DNA of 64,000 bases from Dehalococcoidia bacterium (GCA_963555985.3 OY820591.1:1919085-1983084); one strand, 5' to 3'; numbered from the stretch's first letter, positions 20,563 through 29,973 are shown. Program-made: numbers and translations. Notes: generated from the sequence alone by a model not told the origin.

Positions 20563-21461
20563 CCGCCTTTCACCGGGGGCCACACCTCCCGCCAGGTGGT
20601 TTCGATCGTTTGCAGGTACTCGTCTACCGGGATCGCGAGTTCGCGGTCGTAGTTAGGCATGCCGATGCCGAGGCGGGTAATACCCATGTCACGGGCGGCG
20701 CTGAGCAAACGCAGCGTGTTCGACGTGTCGGAGTCGAGCGGCGGCAGCCACTGGATCGGGAATTCGTCGGGGTCGCGGTCGTTGGCCTCGAGCTGCACGC
20801 GCAGGCGGCCAATCAGATCCGCGAGCTGGTCCAGGTTGGACTGAACGGGCGCGATCCAGCCGTCGCCGAAACGGGCCGTGCGCTCGATCGCGGCCTGAGC
20901 AAAGCCGCCGAAGAGGATCGGTGGGCCGCCGGGAGTGACCGGCTTGGGCATGACTGACATCTGGTCGATGTTGACGTAGCGACCGCTGAAGCTGATTGGT
21001 TCCTCGGTCCAGCAGGCGCGCAGGACGCGAATGTACTCCTCCATCCGGCTCGGGCGCTGGCGGAAGTTGGCGGAAAGCGCCTCGAACTCCTGCCACTGCC
21101 AACCAACCCCGATCCCCAGCCGCATCCGACCGCCAGAGAGGATGTCGATCTCCGCCGCCTGTTTGGCCACCAGCACCGGCTCGCGCTGGGGCAGGACGAG
21201 CACGTTGGTCTGGAGCGCCACGCGGTTCGTGATCCCCGCCAGCCAGGCCAGCGTGGTCAGCACCTCATGCTGATGCACGTCGTCCGTATACGGACCCGTC
21301 TGCGGGCGATCCTCACGCGCATAGGCGTAGATCACGTGATCCGCCATCGAGATAAAGTCGCAGCCAATCGCCTCCACCCCTTGCGCCCAGTCCCGCAACT
21401 CGGAGACATCCCAATGCCAATGCCAGGCCGGAATCTGGCAGCCGAATTCAAACTGTGTCAT
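20559..21461 (-). CDS. Luciferase-like monooxygenase family (F420-dependent LLM class) oxidoreductase
   Basis: TIM-barrel LLM pattern ..FISMADHV.. and ..GRMRLGIGVGWQWQEF.. 300 aa. Confidence 0.88.
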   Translation of the reverse strand: MTQFEFGCQIPAWHWHWDVSELRDWAQGVEAIGCDFISMADHVIYAYAREDRPQTGPYTDDVHQHEVLTTLAWLAGITNRVALQTNVLVLPQREPVLVAKQAAEIDILSGGRMRLGIGVGWQWQEFEALSANFRQRPSRMEEYIRVLRACWTEEPISFSGRYVNIDQMSVMPKPVTPGGPPILFGGFAQAAIERTARFGDGWIAPVQSNLDQLADLIGRLRVQLEANDRDPDEFPIQWLPPLDSDTSNTLRLLSAARDMGITRLGIGMPNYDRELAIPVDEYLQTIETTWREVWPPVKGG

Positions 21462-21851
21462 GAGAGCCTCCTCCTGCTCATCGGCGTTTCGCTGACGTGT
21501 ATCCTACGCGCAGCACAGCGCAATGGGGCCGCGATCGACCCCGGCGTCTAGGGAGCGGAGACCGGCGTTGGACGAACGTCATGCAGGCGAAGAAGGCGTG
21601 ATCCGCAGCGACATCGCGGATGTGATCGACCGCGCCGCGGCGATGGCCGTCTACGCCTATCACGCGGTGCGCCGCGCAGGCGAGATCGAGCAAGCATCAA
21701 GCGGCAAACCGCCCCTCACGCTGGCCGAGCATCTCGCCGAGGCCACCTACGTCGATGTCCTGCGCTACTCCCTCGACGAGTGCAACTGCCCCTGCCACCA
21801 GGACCACAACTAGCGCACAGGCCGCCGGTCGGCGGCAGAAGGGAACCGTTG

Positions 21852-22487
21852 ATGACCACCGCCACTTCCGAATCCGTAGTCACGCCCGACCGCTTCAAGA
21901 GCGGCATGACCTGGAATCAGTACCTCGCCTACATCCAGAGCGAAGAGAACCAGGCCCGCCTCACCCCCGGCGGCACGCCGCGCGGCGACGCCAACGTCGA
22001 GCGCTTCGTGCGCAACATGGGCGCCTGGCAAATCTCGGACGACGCGCGCGAGGCGCTGCACGAGCTGCCCCGCCTGAAGATGCTGGTGCTGGGTGAGGAC
22101 TGGTGCCCGGACGTCTACCGCGGCCTGCCCGTGCTCGCCGAAATCGCCGCCACCGCCGGCTGGGAACTGCGCATCTTCGCCCGCGATGAGAACAACGACA
22201 TCATGTCCGAGTTCCTCAAGGAGGGCCTCCACGAGTCGATCCCGACAGCAGTGCTCTACACACCCGAGCATGAATACGTGGGCCACTGGATCGAGCGCCC
22301 GGCCGTCGCCAACGAGCACATGGCCAACATGCAGAAGCTCTTCAGCCGCAACGAGGGCGAGTCCGAAGACGAGCACCGCGCCCGCATCCGCGACGGCTAC
22401 CGCAACCTCCAAAGCTCCGACGAGTGGGCCTCCTGGCGAGACGCCACCGTCGACGAGGTCATCGAACTGGCCCGGCCGACCTCGTAA
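21852..22487 (+). CDS. Thioredoxin-fold family protein (single-Cys WCPD site)
   Basis: Internal ATG at 21852. ..VLGEDWCPDVYRGLPVLAEIA.. is typical of thioredoxin-like proteins. Confidence 0.7.
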   Translation: MTTATSESVVTPDRFKSGMTWNQYLAYIQSEENQARLTPGGTPRGDANVERFVRNMGAWQISDDAREALHELPRLKMLVLGEDWCPDVYRGLPVLAEIAATAGWELRIFARDENNDIMSEFLKEGLHESIPTAVLYTPEHEYVGHWIERPAVANEHMANMQKLFSRNEGESEDEHRARIRDGYRNLQSSDEWASWRDATVDEVIELARPTS

Positions 22488-22505
22488 AGAACCGCTGCTA
22501 CAAAC

Positions 22506-22572
22506 TCTCTCCCCACGCTGCGGAGGGAGACGGCCCGCAGAGACAGAAGGGGTCTGCGAGACCCCCTCTGGG
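22506..22572. repeat. Degenerate family-A repeat / hairpin between convergent genes
   Basis: ctctccccacgctgcggagggagac.. and the hairpin aggggtctgcgagacccct. It may also act as a bidirectional terminator. Confidence 0.5.
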
Positions 22573-22586
22573 AATGTGAGCAGGCC

Positions 22587-23276
22587 CTAGCGGATCGGAC
22601 CAAAGGGTCCTCGCCGTACCGGTGGGGCCGGCTCTGTCTTGCTGGGAGCTTGTTCGGCCCCATCCGTCTCGTCAATCCCCAGCTCCCGCATCGCCCGCCA
22701 GGTCAGCGCCCAGCGCTGGAGCGCCGTCAGATTCGTCAGAATCGCCAACAGCCACAGAATCGGAATGATCTGACCCGACAACAAACCAATCACCACGATC
22801 AGCGTCCGCTCAAGCCGCGTCCCCAGACCGGAACGAATCCTGACCCCGAACTCCCCCGCCTTTGAGCGCGTGTAGCTCACCAACAGAGAGCCGAACAGCG
22901 TGAGGCCGATCAGCAGGATCGCCTCGCGATCGAAGCGGTCCACGGCGGAGTACCAGACGAGCAGACCGAAGAGGATGCCGAAATCAGCGAGGCGATCGGA
23001 GACCGCGTCGAAGACCGCGCCCCAATTCGTCGCGCGACCGCTCGCCCGCGCCACCGCCCCGTCAAGCAGATCGAAGAAGCTCGCCGCAATCACCACCACC
23101 CCGGCCTGCCAGAAGCGCCCGTACGCCGCCAGCGTCGACGCCCCGCCCATCCCCAGCAGGCCGATCACGGTGAGCGCGTTTGGAGAGAGTCCGGTCCGCG
23201 CGACCGCTCGCCCGAGGCGGTCGGAAATGTCGGCTGAGAGCGTGTGCGGAAGCAGCGACACGAGTGCGCACTTCAC
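22587..23276 (-). CDS. CDP-alcohol phosphatidyltransferase (probable phosphatidylinositol-phosphate synthase)
   Basis: Signature D(x2)DG(x2)AR..G(x3)D(x3)D appears as DLLDGAVARASGRATNWGAVFDAVSDRLAD. Multiple TM segments. The PIP-synthase call is inferred from the neighbouring ino1. Confidence 0.88.
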   Translation of the reverse strand: MKCALVSLLPHTLSADISDRLGRAVARTGLSPNALTVIGLLGMGGASTLAAYGRFWQAGVVVIAASFFDLLDGAVARASGRATNWGAVFDAVSDRLADFGILFGLLVWYSAVDRFDREAILLIGLTLFGSLLVSYTRSKAGEFGVRIRSGLGTRLERTLIVVIGLLSGQIIPILWLLAILTNLTALQRWALTWRAMRELGIDETDGAEQAPSKTEPAPPVRRGPFGPIR

Positions 23277-23330
23277 CAGGATCGAGCGGAAGGATCAAGG
23301 CTCAACTCTACCGCGCGAGCGGGGAGTGAG

Positions 23331-24560
23331 TCACTGGAGCAGCCGGTAGCCGATATAGGCGATGAAGGGCACAGCGATCACGGCGACGACGATGGCCATG
23401 ATCAAGCCGATGTTCAACCGTTCCCAAAATGGCGGCGTCTCCGACTCGATATAGGGCCAGGTGAGCAAGAGCGCACGTTCGGCGTTCTGCGTGAATTCCG
23501 CAATGAATTGCTCACGGTCGTAGCCGTAGACGGTCTCGAGCGCGCGATAGAAGTCGACGCCGTCTCCGACCTGGCTGAACAGTTCAATCAGAGCGGGCGG
23601 GCCCCAGTCCTGGAGCATCCAGGAGAGCATCCCGCCGGATTGGCCGAGGTAGAGCGCCTGAAACTGCCAGGTGGTCGGGAACGTCTCCAGTTCTTCGAAG
23701 CTGTAGTAGTCCTCGTGATCGAGAATCACGACAGACCCGGCGCGGCGCAGGTAAAAGCCGTTCATCGGGCCTTGCGACCACAGTCCCAAAGCGACTCGGA
23801 TCCACATCGGAACAGCTGCGGCGTTCGGCTGCGCCGCCGCATCGATCACCGCACCGGTGACTGCGTCGCGGACGGAGCCGCCGGTGTCGCGGAAGATGTA
23901 GATGATGCGCTCGCCGTGTCTCTGGGCGACGGTCATTCTCGGGATCGGAGGCGGTTGACCGCCGAAGAGCGCGGCCGGAATACCGCCCGCAGCAGCAGTG
24001 GAGCTTGGCCAGACGATCAGCGAGACTGGCTGTTCGACTGAGGTCTCCAGCAAGTCGCCAACGAGCTCGATCGCACCTGCCCCGTGGTCGACCAGTTGCT
24101 CCGCCTGGAGGTCGCTGCCCGGTCGCCAGACGGCAATGCCATCGTGCACTGCATAGCCCCAGTCGAAGCGCGGATCGAGGTAGCGCCAGTTGCCCGGAGG
24201 CGTGGGCTGTCCGTCGATGATCCAGAGATACTCGAGCTCAGCGCCCACCGGCAACCAGTCCCAGACGGCGGTCGGCTCGGCGGTCAGAATGCGGGCGCTG
24301 AGCTGGGCGCCGTCGAGGTTGGCATTGACGATCGTTGGTTCGCCCGCGGGCAGCAGTCGAAGCTGGAGGGCCGCGTCGGTTATGTCGGCGCTTGGCGCTT
24401 CGGCCCGGAGTTCAATGACTTCGGGGAATCCGTCGAGGATGAACTCAGTCGGAAGCGGCGAGGCCTGCGCGCGGAGGACACCGACAGCGGCGCCGGCCAG
24501 TACGCAGGCGCTGAGCATTGCCGCGACCAGAGCAAAGAAGCGAGGGCGGGTCATACGCAA
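23331..24560 (-). CDS. Secreted, C-terminally anchored hypothetical protein (409 aa)
   Basis: Signal peptide FFALVAAMLSACVLAGA and C-terminal TM segment IGLIMAIVVAVIAVPFIAYIGY. Overlaps the GT4 stop by 10 nt. Confidence 0.65.
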   Translation of the reverse strand: MRMTRPRFFALVAAMLSACVLAGAAVGVLRAQASPLPTEFILDGFPEVIELRAEAPSADITDAALQLRLLPAGEPTIVNANLDGAQLSARILTAEPTAVWDWLPVGAELEYLWIIDGQPTPPGNWRYLDPRFDWGYAVHDGIAVWRPGSDLQAEQLVDHGAGAIELVGDLLETSVEQPVSLIVWPSSTAAAGGIPAALFGGQPPPIPRMTVAQRHGERIIYIFRDTGGSVRDAVTGAVIDAAAQPNAAAVPMWIRVALGLWSQGPMNGFYLRRAGSVVILDHEDYYSFEELETFPTTWQFQALYLGQSGGMLSWMLQDWGPPALIELFSQVGDGVDFYRALETVYGYDREQFIAEFTQNAERALLLTWPYIESETPPFWERLNIGLIMAIVVAVIAVPFIAYIGYRLLQ

Positions 24561-25630
24561 AGTCTATGCGCGGATCGAGCGCGTACTAGCCGCCGGTACA
24601 GCGTCAGGTATTGGTTGGCGGCGGGGCGGATGTCGAAGCGTCTCGCAGCGGCCCTGCCGCGCGCGGCGAGGGCAGCGCGGCGCGGTTGATCATCCAGCAG
24701 AGCAGTCAAGGCGCCGGCGAGCGCTCCTGCGCTGCCGGCGGGCACGAGTTGGGCGGCAGCGCCGTCTCTCGATGCGATTCGATAGCCCGGAATGTCCGAG
24801 GCGACAACCGGGACGCCCGCCGCCATTGCCTCAACCAGCACGAGTCCGAGCGCTTCGCCGCTGAGGGCGGGGAAGACCGCGCAGCTCGCGGTCGCTAACC
24901 AGCGTGGCAGTTCGGCGTGCGGTACCTGACCGAGGAAGGAGACTCGCTCGAATACGCCGATCGCGCGGGCGTGGCGGAGAGTGTCCTGGCGGACGGGTCC
25001 GGCGACCGTGAGCCGAACCTGAGCGGGCATTTGCGCGATCGCGCCGAGCAGCAAGGGCAGCCCCTTGCGCGGATCGTCGCGGCCGACGAAGAGGATCGTT
25101 GGCGGCTCGGTCGGTTGCGCGGTGACGTTGATGAAGGGACTGAGCTCTATGCCTGGAGGGATGATCGCCACCGGCCGGGGGAGTCCGGCGGCGGCTGTAT
25201 CGAGCGTGACCCGGGTCGCGCAGACGACTGCATCCGCTCGTGCGAGCAGGCGACGGGTCAACGGCGCGCCGCGCCGATAGAGCTGCGCGGCCGCTTGCTC
25301 GGCGGAGTGCAGCGTGACCACCGTCGGGGGTTTGCCCGGATGGAGCAGCGCCAGCGGCCCGAGCAGGGGGAGCAACGGTTCTTGAATGTGCAGGATGTCG
25401 AGCGGCTGCTCGAGCAACCGGCGCAGCCGAAGCAGGTCGGCCGGGTGCAGGGCAAGATCGGCGCGAGTCTCTCCAAGCCGCACGCGAAGCGGACGAGCGG
25501 GCGCGAAGATCGTCGAATCGTGCCCCAGGCGGCGGAGCTGCCGGTCGAGAGCAAGCAGGTGCGTTTGCACGCCGCCCGGCTGGTTTGGGTCATAGGGCAG
25601 GATGTGAGCAATGCGCACAGCGGAGTTCAC
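24551..25630 (-). CDS. GT4-family glycosyltransferase (PimA-like mannosyltransferase)
   Basis: N-terminus RIAHILPYDPNQPGGVQTH.. and a C-terminal E(x7)E region ..SGEALGLVLVEAMAAGVPVVASD.. Confidence 0.88.
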   Translation of the reverse strand: MNSAVRIAHILPYDPNQPGGVQTHLLALDRQLRRLGHDSTIFAPARPLRVRLGETRADLALHPADLLRLRRLLEQPLDILHIQEPLLPLLGPLALLHPGKPPTVVTLHSAEQAAAQLYRRGAPLTRRLLARADAVVCATRVTLDTAAAGLPRPVAIIPPGIELSPFINVTAQPTEPPTILFVGRDDPRKGLPLLLGAIAQMPAQVRLTVAGPVRQDTLRHARAIGVFERVSFLGQVPHAELPRWLATASCAVFPALSGEALGLVLVEAMAAGVPVVASDIPGYRIASRDGAAAQLVPAGSAGALAGALTALLDDQPRRAALAARGRAAARRFDIRPAANQYLTLYRRLVRARSAHRLCV

Positions 25631-25833
25631 TCAAGTGGCTCTGGTGGGATTGCGATGTGAGGAGCGAGTCGGTATGTCCCGCGCCCGGAGCCCGGAATGA
25701 CCCGGCCGTCGCGTCTCAGTTCCGCCAATGCGTTGCGGACTACTCGCGGGAGGTCGTCTGCCGGCACAGTGAAGTCCGAGACAAGCGCACCCAGCAAGTC
25801 CCATACCGTCACGTTGGCGCTCGTTGAGGTCAT
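25627..25833 (-). CDS. 68-aa winged-helix-like protein
   Basis: ..LAELRRDGRVIPGSGRGTYRLA.. The stop overlaps the GT4 start by 4 nt, and the start lies 4 nt after the methyltransferase stop. Confidence 0.45.
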   Translation of the reverse strand: MTSTSANVTVWDLLGALVSDFTVPADDLPRVVRNALAELRRDGRVIPGSGRGTYRLAPHIAIPPEPLE

Positions 25834-25837
25834 TGTG

Positions 25838-26752
25838 TTAGAGCCTCGACAACGCAGGAATCGCCTCGCAAGCGAGCCGCCAAAACTCAGGATCGATTTC
25901 TGTTCCGACGCCTTCGACTCCGAGCGCCTCAGCTGCGGCGAGTGTTGTGGCGCAGCCCGCGAACGGGTCTAGCACAACACCCGTCCCCATCGGCAGCGAG
26001 GCCCGGATCAGACGCCGCAGAAAGTCTTGCGGCTTGGCGGTGGGGTGCGCAGCAACAGCTCGCTCCGAGGCGGGCGTCTTGCCGCTCTCAATCACATCGA
26101 GGAACGGGGTCTCCTCCGACAAGCGGCGCAGGCCGCCAACCTCCCAGCGGCGCAGGTTCGCCGCTACGGTCGATTCCGAGAGCGGCCGCCGATACAGGCC
26201 CCACGGCTCCCAACACGAACGCGGCATCGTACTCAGATCGGGGAATTCGTCATGTGCGCCCTTCGGCCGGTCGCCGCCGCGCAGCGTGCGCACGAGCCGC
26301 ACGATCTCGCCTCGCCGCTCAAATCCGGCTGCTTCCATCGCAGCGGCGACAATCGGAGACATCAGCGGATTGCTCGCAACGAACACGTGCCCGCCGGGTC
26401 GGAGCACCGGATAGAGCAACTCTGCCCACTCCTGGAAGAAGGCGCGCAGATTGGAGCGGTCGGTCGCGGAGTGGACGGTAAAGCGGGGAACGGGCCGCCG
26501 TTGCGCGCCGTCGAACGCCGGCGGCAGTCTCCAGACGCCGCCGCGGCCATTGAGCATCTTCGCCACCTGGGCGGCCTGGTACTCGTGCAAGCCGTAGGGC
26601 GGGTCGGTGATGACGGCGTGAACGCTGTTGGGTGGAGCATCGCGTAACCAAGCGCGGCAATCCGTCAGGTGCAGAGTCTGGCGTCCATAGCGGAATGGCG
26701 ATGGAGCTTCGGCCAGCTCGGGCAGCGGCGCTTGTTTCTCGACGCCTCGCAT
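25838..26752 (-). CDS. Beta-class DNA methyltransferase (DPPY; probable N6-adenine), no intact nuclease partner
   Basis: Motif IV ITDPPYGL near the N-terminus and motif I LDPFAGCATT near the C-terminus. Confidence 0.9.
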   Translation of the reverse strand: MRGVEKQAPLPELAEAPSPFRYGRQTLHLTDCRAWLRDAPPNSVHAVITDPPYGLHEYQAAQVAKMLNGRGGVWRLPPAFDGAQRRPVPRFTVHSATDRSNLRAFFQEWAELLYPVLRPGGHVFVASNPLMSPIVAAAMEAAGFERRGEIVRLVRTLRGGDRPKGAHDEFPDLSTMPRSCWEPWGLYRRPLSESTVAANLRRWEVGGLRRLSEETPFLDVIESGKTPASERAVAAHPTAKPQDFLRRLIRASLPMGTGVVLDPFAGCATTLAAAEALGVEGVGTEIDPEFWRLACEAIPALSRL

Positions 26753-26764
26753 GTCGCGCTCCTC

Positions 26765-26800
26765 TATCTAGAACTAATCATCATTATATAACTCATGCGG
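26765..26800 (-). promoter_or_regulatory. Possible promoter for the MTase-to-PgsA operon
   Basis: The only AT-rich patch in the area. The minus strand reads ..gttatataatgatgatt.., with TATAAT at 26787-26782, about 30 nt upstream of the methyltransferase ATG. No clear -35 box. Confidence 0.25.
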
Positions 26801-26871
26801 CCGCGCCGCAGCGCCCAGCGAGAGCGCAACTTCTTTGCCGCCATAAGAGACCGATGCATATCACTCCTGAA

Positions 26872-27100
26872 TTGCCGCATTTCCGCCATTCCGACTCAAT
26901 GAGGCATCCAGTGTCGAGCAGATACGGAGACTGGATTCCCGCGTTCGGAGACATTTGCAAGATTCCCGATCTGAGCGTTTCGTCATTCTTGCGAACGCGA
27001 GAATCTACGTCCCACCCGATACGCCGCATGGATTCCCGCCTGCGCGGGAATGACGGAAATGGGGATTTTGCAAAGGCCTGCGTTCGCGGGAATGACGGTG
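26872..27100. repeat. Family-B mosaic repeat cluster
   Basis: ..cgatacgccgcatggattcccgcctgcgcgggaatgacggaaatggggattttgcaaaggcc.. plus degenerate copies upstream. Confidence 0.8.
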
Positions 27101-27290
27101 GAGGGAGTTATGCATCAAGTCTCCATAAGCGGACATCCGATTGCCTGTGCGAGCCTGTCCGGAGACTGGCAGCGATGGCGAACGCCGGCTCTTGCTCACG
27201 GCGATCTGTTGATGTTTCGTGAACGAATGGTTAACGTCTGGTTAGCGCGAGCCGGTCGGTTGAACGCGGCTCGCAAGAGGGGAGCGGCGC

Positions 27291-27923
27291 ATGACCTTGT
27301 CCAACTTCTCCATTTGCGAACAGCTGCTGCTGCTTGGCCTCAGCGAAGACGGAGCGCTTGACCAGTTGCGCCAAGCGCGGTTGGACTATGCCATCGCGGG
27401 CGCATCGCTAATCGACCTCTCTTTCGCCGGGCGGATTGACACCGATCTCGAGCATCTGCACGTGACCAGCGACGCGCCGACCGGAGACTCGCTGCTGGAC
27501 GAGGTGCTCAACCGGATTGCGAGCGGCTCGGCGAGGCAATCCACGCTCCACTGGATTGTGCAGATTGGCGCGTACGCCCACGATCTGCGCGAAGCCCGGC
27601 TGAGACACCTACGAGCGCGGACTGTCGTTCGGGAACGAGGCGGACGCCGGCAGATCGAGTTCCGCTGGTCACGAGAGGCGAAGCTCGACCCAAGCGTCGT
27701 TGCGGGGATCCGCGAGCATGTGTTTGGGTTGCTTCGAGGCAACGAGATTCCCGATCCTGAAGACGCGGCGCTGATCAGTCTGGCGCGCGCTAGCGGATTG
27801 CTCGACGTCCTGCTCTCACAAACGGAACGCGAGCAAGTCGAACCACGCCTCCTCACGCTGGCGAAGCTCGATCTGATCGGCCGCCAAGTCAACCACATGC
27901 TCGATGAAGCCCTGGCGAGCTGA
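27291..27923 (+). CDS. GPP34/GOLPH3-family protein
   Basis: ICEQLLLLGLSEDG..LDYAIAGASLIDLSFAGRI..PTGDSLLDEVL.. matches the GPP34 family pattern. Confidence 0.8.
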   Translation: MTLSNFSICEQLLLLGLSEDGALDQLRQARLDYAIAGASLIDLSFAGRIDTDLEHLHVTSDAPTGDSLLDEVLNRIASGSARQSTLHWIVQIGAYAHDLREARLRHLRARTVVRERGGRRQIEFRWSREAKLDPSVVAGIREHVFGLLRGNEIPDPEDAALISLARASGLLDVLLSQTEREQVEPRLLTLAKLDLIGRQVNHMLDEALAS

Positions 27924-28023
27924 CAGAGGCTCTTGCACCAGGCTCCACCCCACCATACCCGCGCTCGCCACGGGCGGCTTGCCATGATCGACGCCGAGGT
28001 CAACTGGTCGCCGCAGACGGTGT

Positions 28024-29217
28024 CTACTCCGACTCCCCCCGATAACGATCACGATCAGGAATAGCCGAGCCGCGAGTCAGCGGCGGCAGATCGAGCATCT
28101 GGCGCGTACCCGCGTCCCAGTTGAAGTCCAGACCGGCGTTGTGGCGGCGCGCGACCTGGAGATCGCGGAAGCGACGTTCGAGCGTCCAGCGGCGGTGGAT
28201 GGCGTTGGTGCCGGCGGCGGGGAAGAGCAGCTCCACCGCCTCGGTGGCGGCGTGGACGGCATTGACGTTGGCCAGCCGCCAATGGGCGACGGCTTCGAGG
28301 TTGGGCGTCTCGTCCAACACTGATTGCCAGGCGATGCCGCCCATTTCGCGGACGTAGGAACGGGCCGAGCCGACTCTGGCCTGGGCGCGGCCGAGGGCGA
28401 CGCGAAAGTGTTCGCGTTCGGCCAGTGAGCGCGAGTCGCTCTTGCTTGCGACGTGCTTTGCGTGTTGGACGACTTCGTTGATCGCGCCCTGGGCTGCGCC
28501 GAGCGCCTGTCCGCCGTTTTGGAGCCAGCTGGCGATGCCGCCGTCGGGGATGCGCCAGTTGGGCCCCTGAGCGTGCGGCCTGGAGCCGATCTTCATGGTT
28601 CGCTTGTCGGGCGCGAAGACGTTCTCGCTCTGGTAGTCGTGGGAACCGGTGCCGCGCAGACCCATCGTGTCCCAAGTCCGCAGGATTTTGCCCTGGTCGG
28701 GGTCGAGGAAGGACATATAGGCGTCGTTGGGGTGATCTTCGTCGCGGAAAGCGGCCACGACTTGAGTGGCGTGGTCGATGCCGCTGGCGTAGGTGGCGAT
28801 GCCGTTGATGATCCAGCCGCCCTCGACGCGCTTGCCCCAGTTGGTGGGGCGGGCCGAACCAGCGATCCGGCAGCGGGGGCCGTCCGGCTGGTCGGAGCCG
28901 ATCATTTCGCGCAGATCGTCCGTTTGGAGGAAGCCTGTGACGAGTGAGAGTTCGGTGGCGAGCATGACCACCCAGCCGCTGGAAGGGTCGGCCTCGGCGA
29001 GGGCTTCGACGGCGTGGAAGGCGACGAGCGGCGGGACTTCCTCGCCGCCGGCGGCGGCGGGGATGAACATGCGAAAGAGGCCGGCGTCGGTGAAGGTCTC
29101 GATCAGGTGGGCGGGCGGCTTGCCGTTGGCCTCCGTCTCGTCGGCGCACTGGGCGACCAGCGGTTGGAGCGCTCGCGCGCGTTCGACGATTGGGTGCTGA
29201 GCGGGATCGGGTTGCAT
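28024..29217 (-). CDS. Acyl-CoA-dehydrogenase-fold flavin-dependent oxidoreductase/monooxygenase
   Basis: ACAD type-2 layout ..WDTMGLRGTGSHDY.. Starts 9 nt after the PHP gene stop. Confidence 0.8.
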   Translation of the reverse strand: MQPDPAQHPIVERARALQPLVAQCADETEANGKPPAHLIETFTDAGLFRMFIPAAAGGEEVPPLVAFHAVEALAEADPSSGWVVMLATELSLVTGFLQTDDLREMIGSDQPDGPRCRIAGSARPTNWGKRVEGGWIINGIATYASGIDHATQVVAAFRDEDHPNDAYMSFLDPDQGKILRTWDTMGLRGTGSHDYQSENVFAPDKRTMKIGSRPHAQGPNWRIPDGGIASWLQNGGQALGAAQGAINEVVQHAKHVASKSDSRSLAEREHFRVALGRAQARVGSARSYVREMGGIAWQSVLDETPNLEAVAHWRLANVNAVHAATEAVELLFPAAGTNAIHRRWTLERRFRDLQVARRHNAGLDFNWDAGTRQMLDLPPLTRGSAIPDRDRYRGESE

Positions 29218-29226
29218 TGAGACAGG

Positions 29227-29973
29227 CTAGCTCCCTGGCATTCGACGGCTGCGGCGCAGCAATGCCTTTGGGGTCGCGGTGAGTCCGCGCCAGGGCTGTC
29301 TGATGAGGCGCTTCGCGCCAATTCCGCGCAGTCTGGGTACGTGATCGAGGCGCGAAGTTGTGGCTCCGGCTTTGAGCGCTGCGTGGAGGGCGGCTTCTCC
29401 CTGTCCGGCGAACTCGGTGACGCCTGCGCCGACCTGTTCCCAGAAGTGGGCGTCGGAGCCTCCGGTTTCGGGCAGCTTCCAGCGGTTGCGGTTGGCTTGG
29501 ATCACGGCATCGCGGCGCCAGCGGGCGAATGGGATCGGATTTGAGGTCTCGATCGCCAGGATGGGTGCGTCGCCGCCGCTGAGCTCGGGGCGCAGGGTAT
29601 TGACCAAGCGGTCGATCGTGCGCAGACCGAGGCTGAAGGGCAGCACTGCGGCTGGATGGGCGATGATCGCCGCGCCGCCTTGGCGCCAGATCAGTTCGAC
29701 GGTACGGGCGGGGCTGCGGAAGGCGGGGATGGGTTCTTCGATCCAGAGGGCGAGGATGTGTCCAGCGCGGCTGGTGACTTCGCTGCCGACGATCAGGTCG
29801 AAGGGCTGCTGTTGTTGGGCGGCGAGTTCGCGGGCGAGGAGCGCGCCTCGGGTTTGGTCGTGGTCGGTGATCGCGAGCACGTCCAGTTCGCGGCGCCGTG
29901 CGGCCTCGAAGATGGTCGCGGCGGAGTCCATGCCGTCGGATTGGTCGGTGTGGATTTGGAGGTCGGCGGGCAT
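29227..29973 (-). CDS. PHP-domain metal-dependent phosphoesterase
   Basis: The internal ATG at 29973 gives MPADLQIHTDQSDGMDS..VLAITDHD..AHP..GGSDAH, the PHP His/Asp motifs. The long N-terminal extension in the track is Arg/Pro-rich shadow sequence. Confidence 0.85.
   Translation of the reverse strand: MPADLQIHTDQSDGMDSAATIFEAARRRELDVLAITDHDQTRGALLARELAAQQQQPFDLIVGSEVTSRAGHILALWIEEPIPAFRSPARTVELIWRQGGAAIIAHPAAVLPFSLGLRTIDRLVNTLRPELSGGDAPILAIETSNPIPFARWRRDAVIQANRNRWKLPETGGSDAHFWEQVGAGVTEFAGQGEAALHAALKAGATTSRLDHVPRLRGIGAKRLIRQPWRGLTATPKALLRRSRRMPGS

Noticed and set aside
21523-21813. A 96-aa ORF ending ..LDECNCPCHQDHN, upstream of the thioredoxin-fold gene.
   Set aside because: The start is uncertain, there is no motif beyond a short Cys/His cluster, and it overlaps the extended frame of the next gene. 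It could be real but cannot be supported from sequence alone, so it is not listed as a feature.
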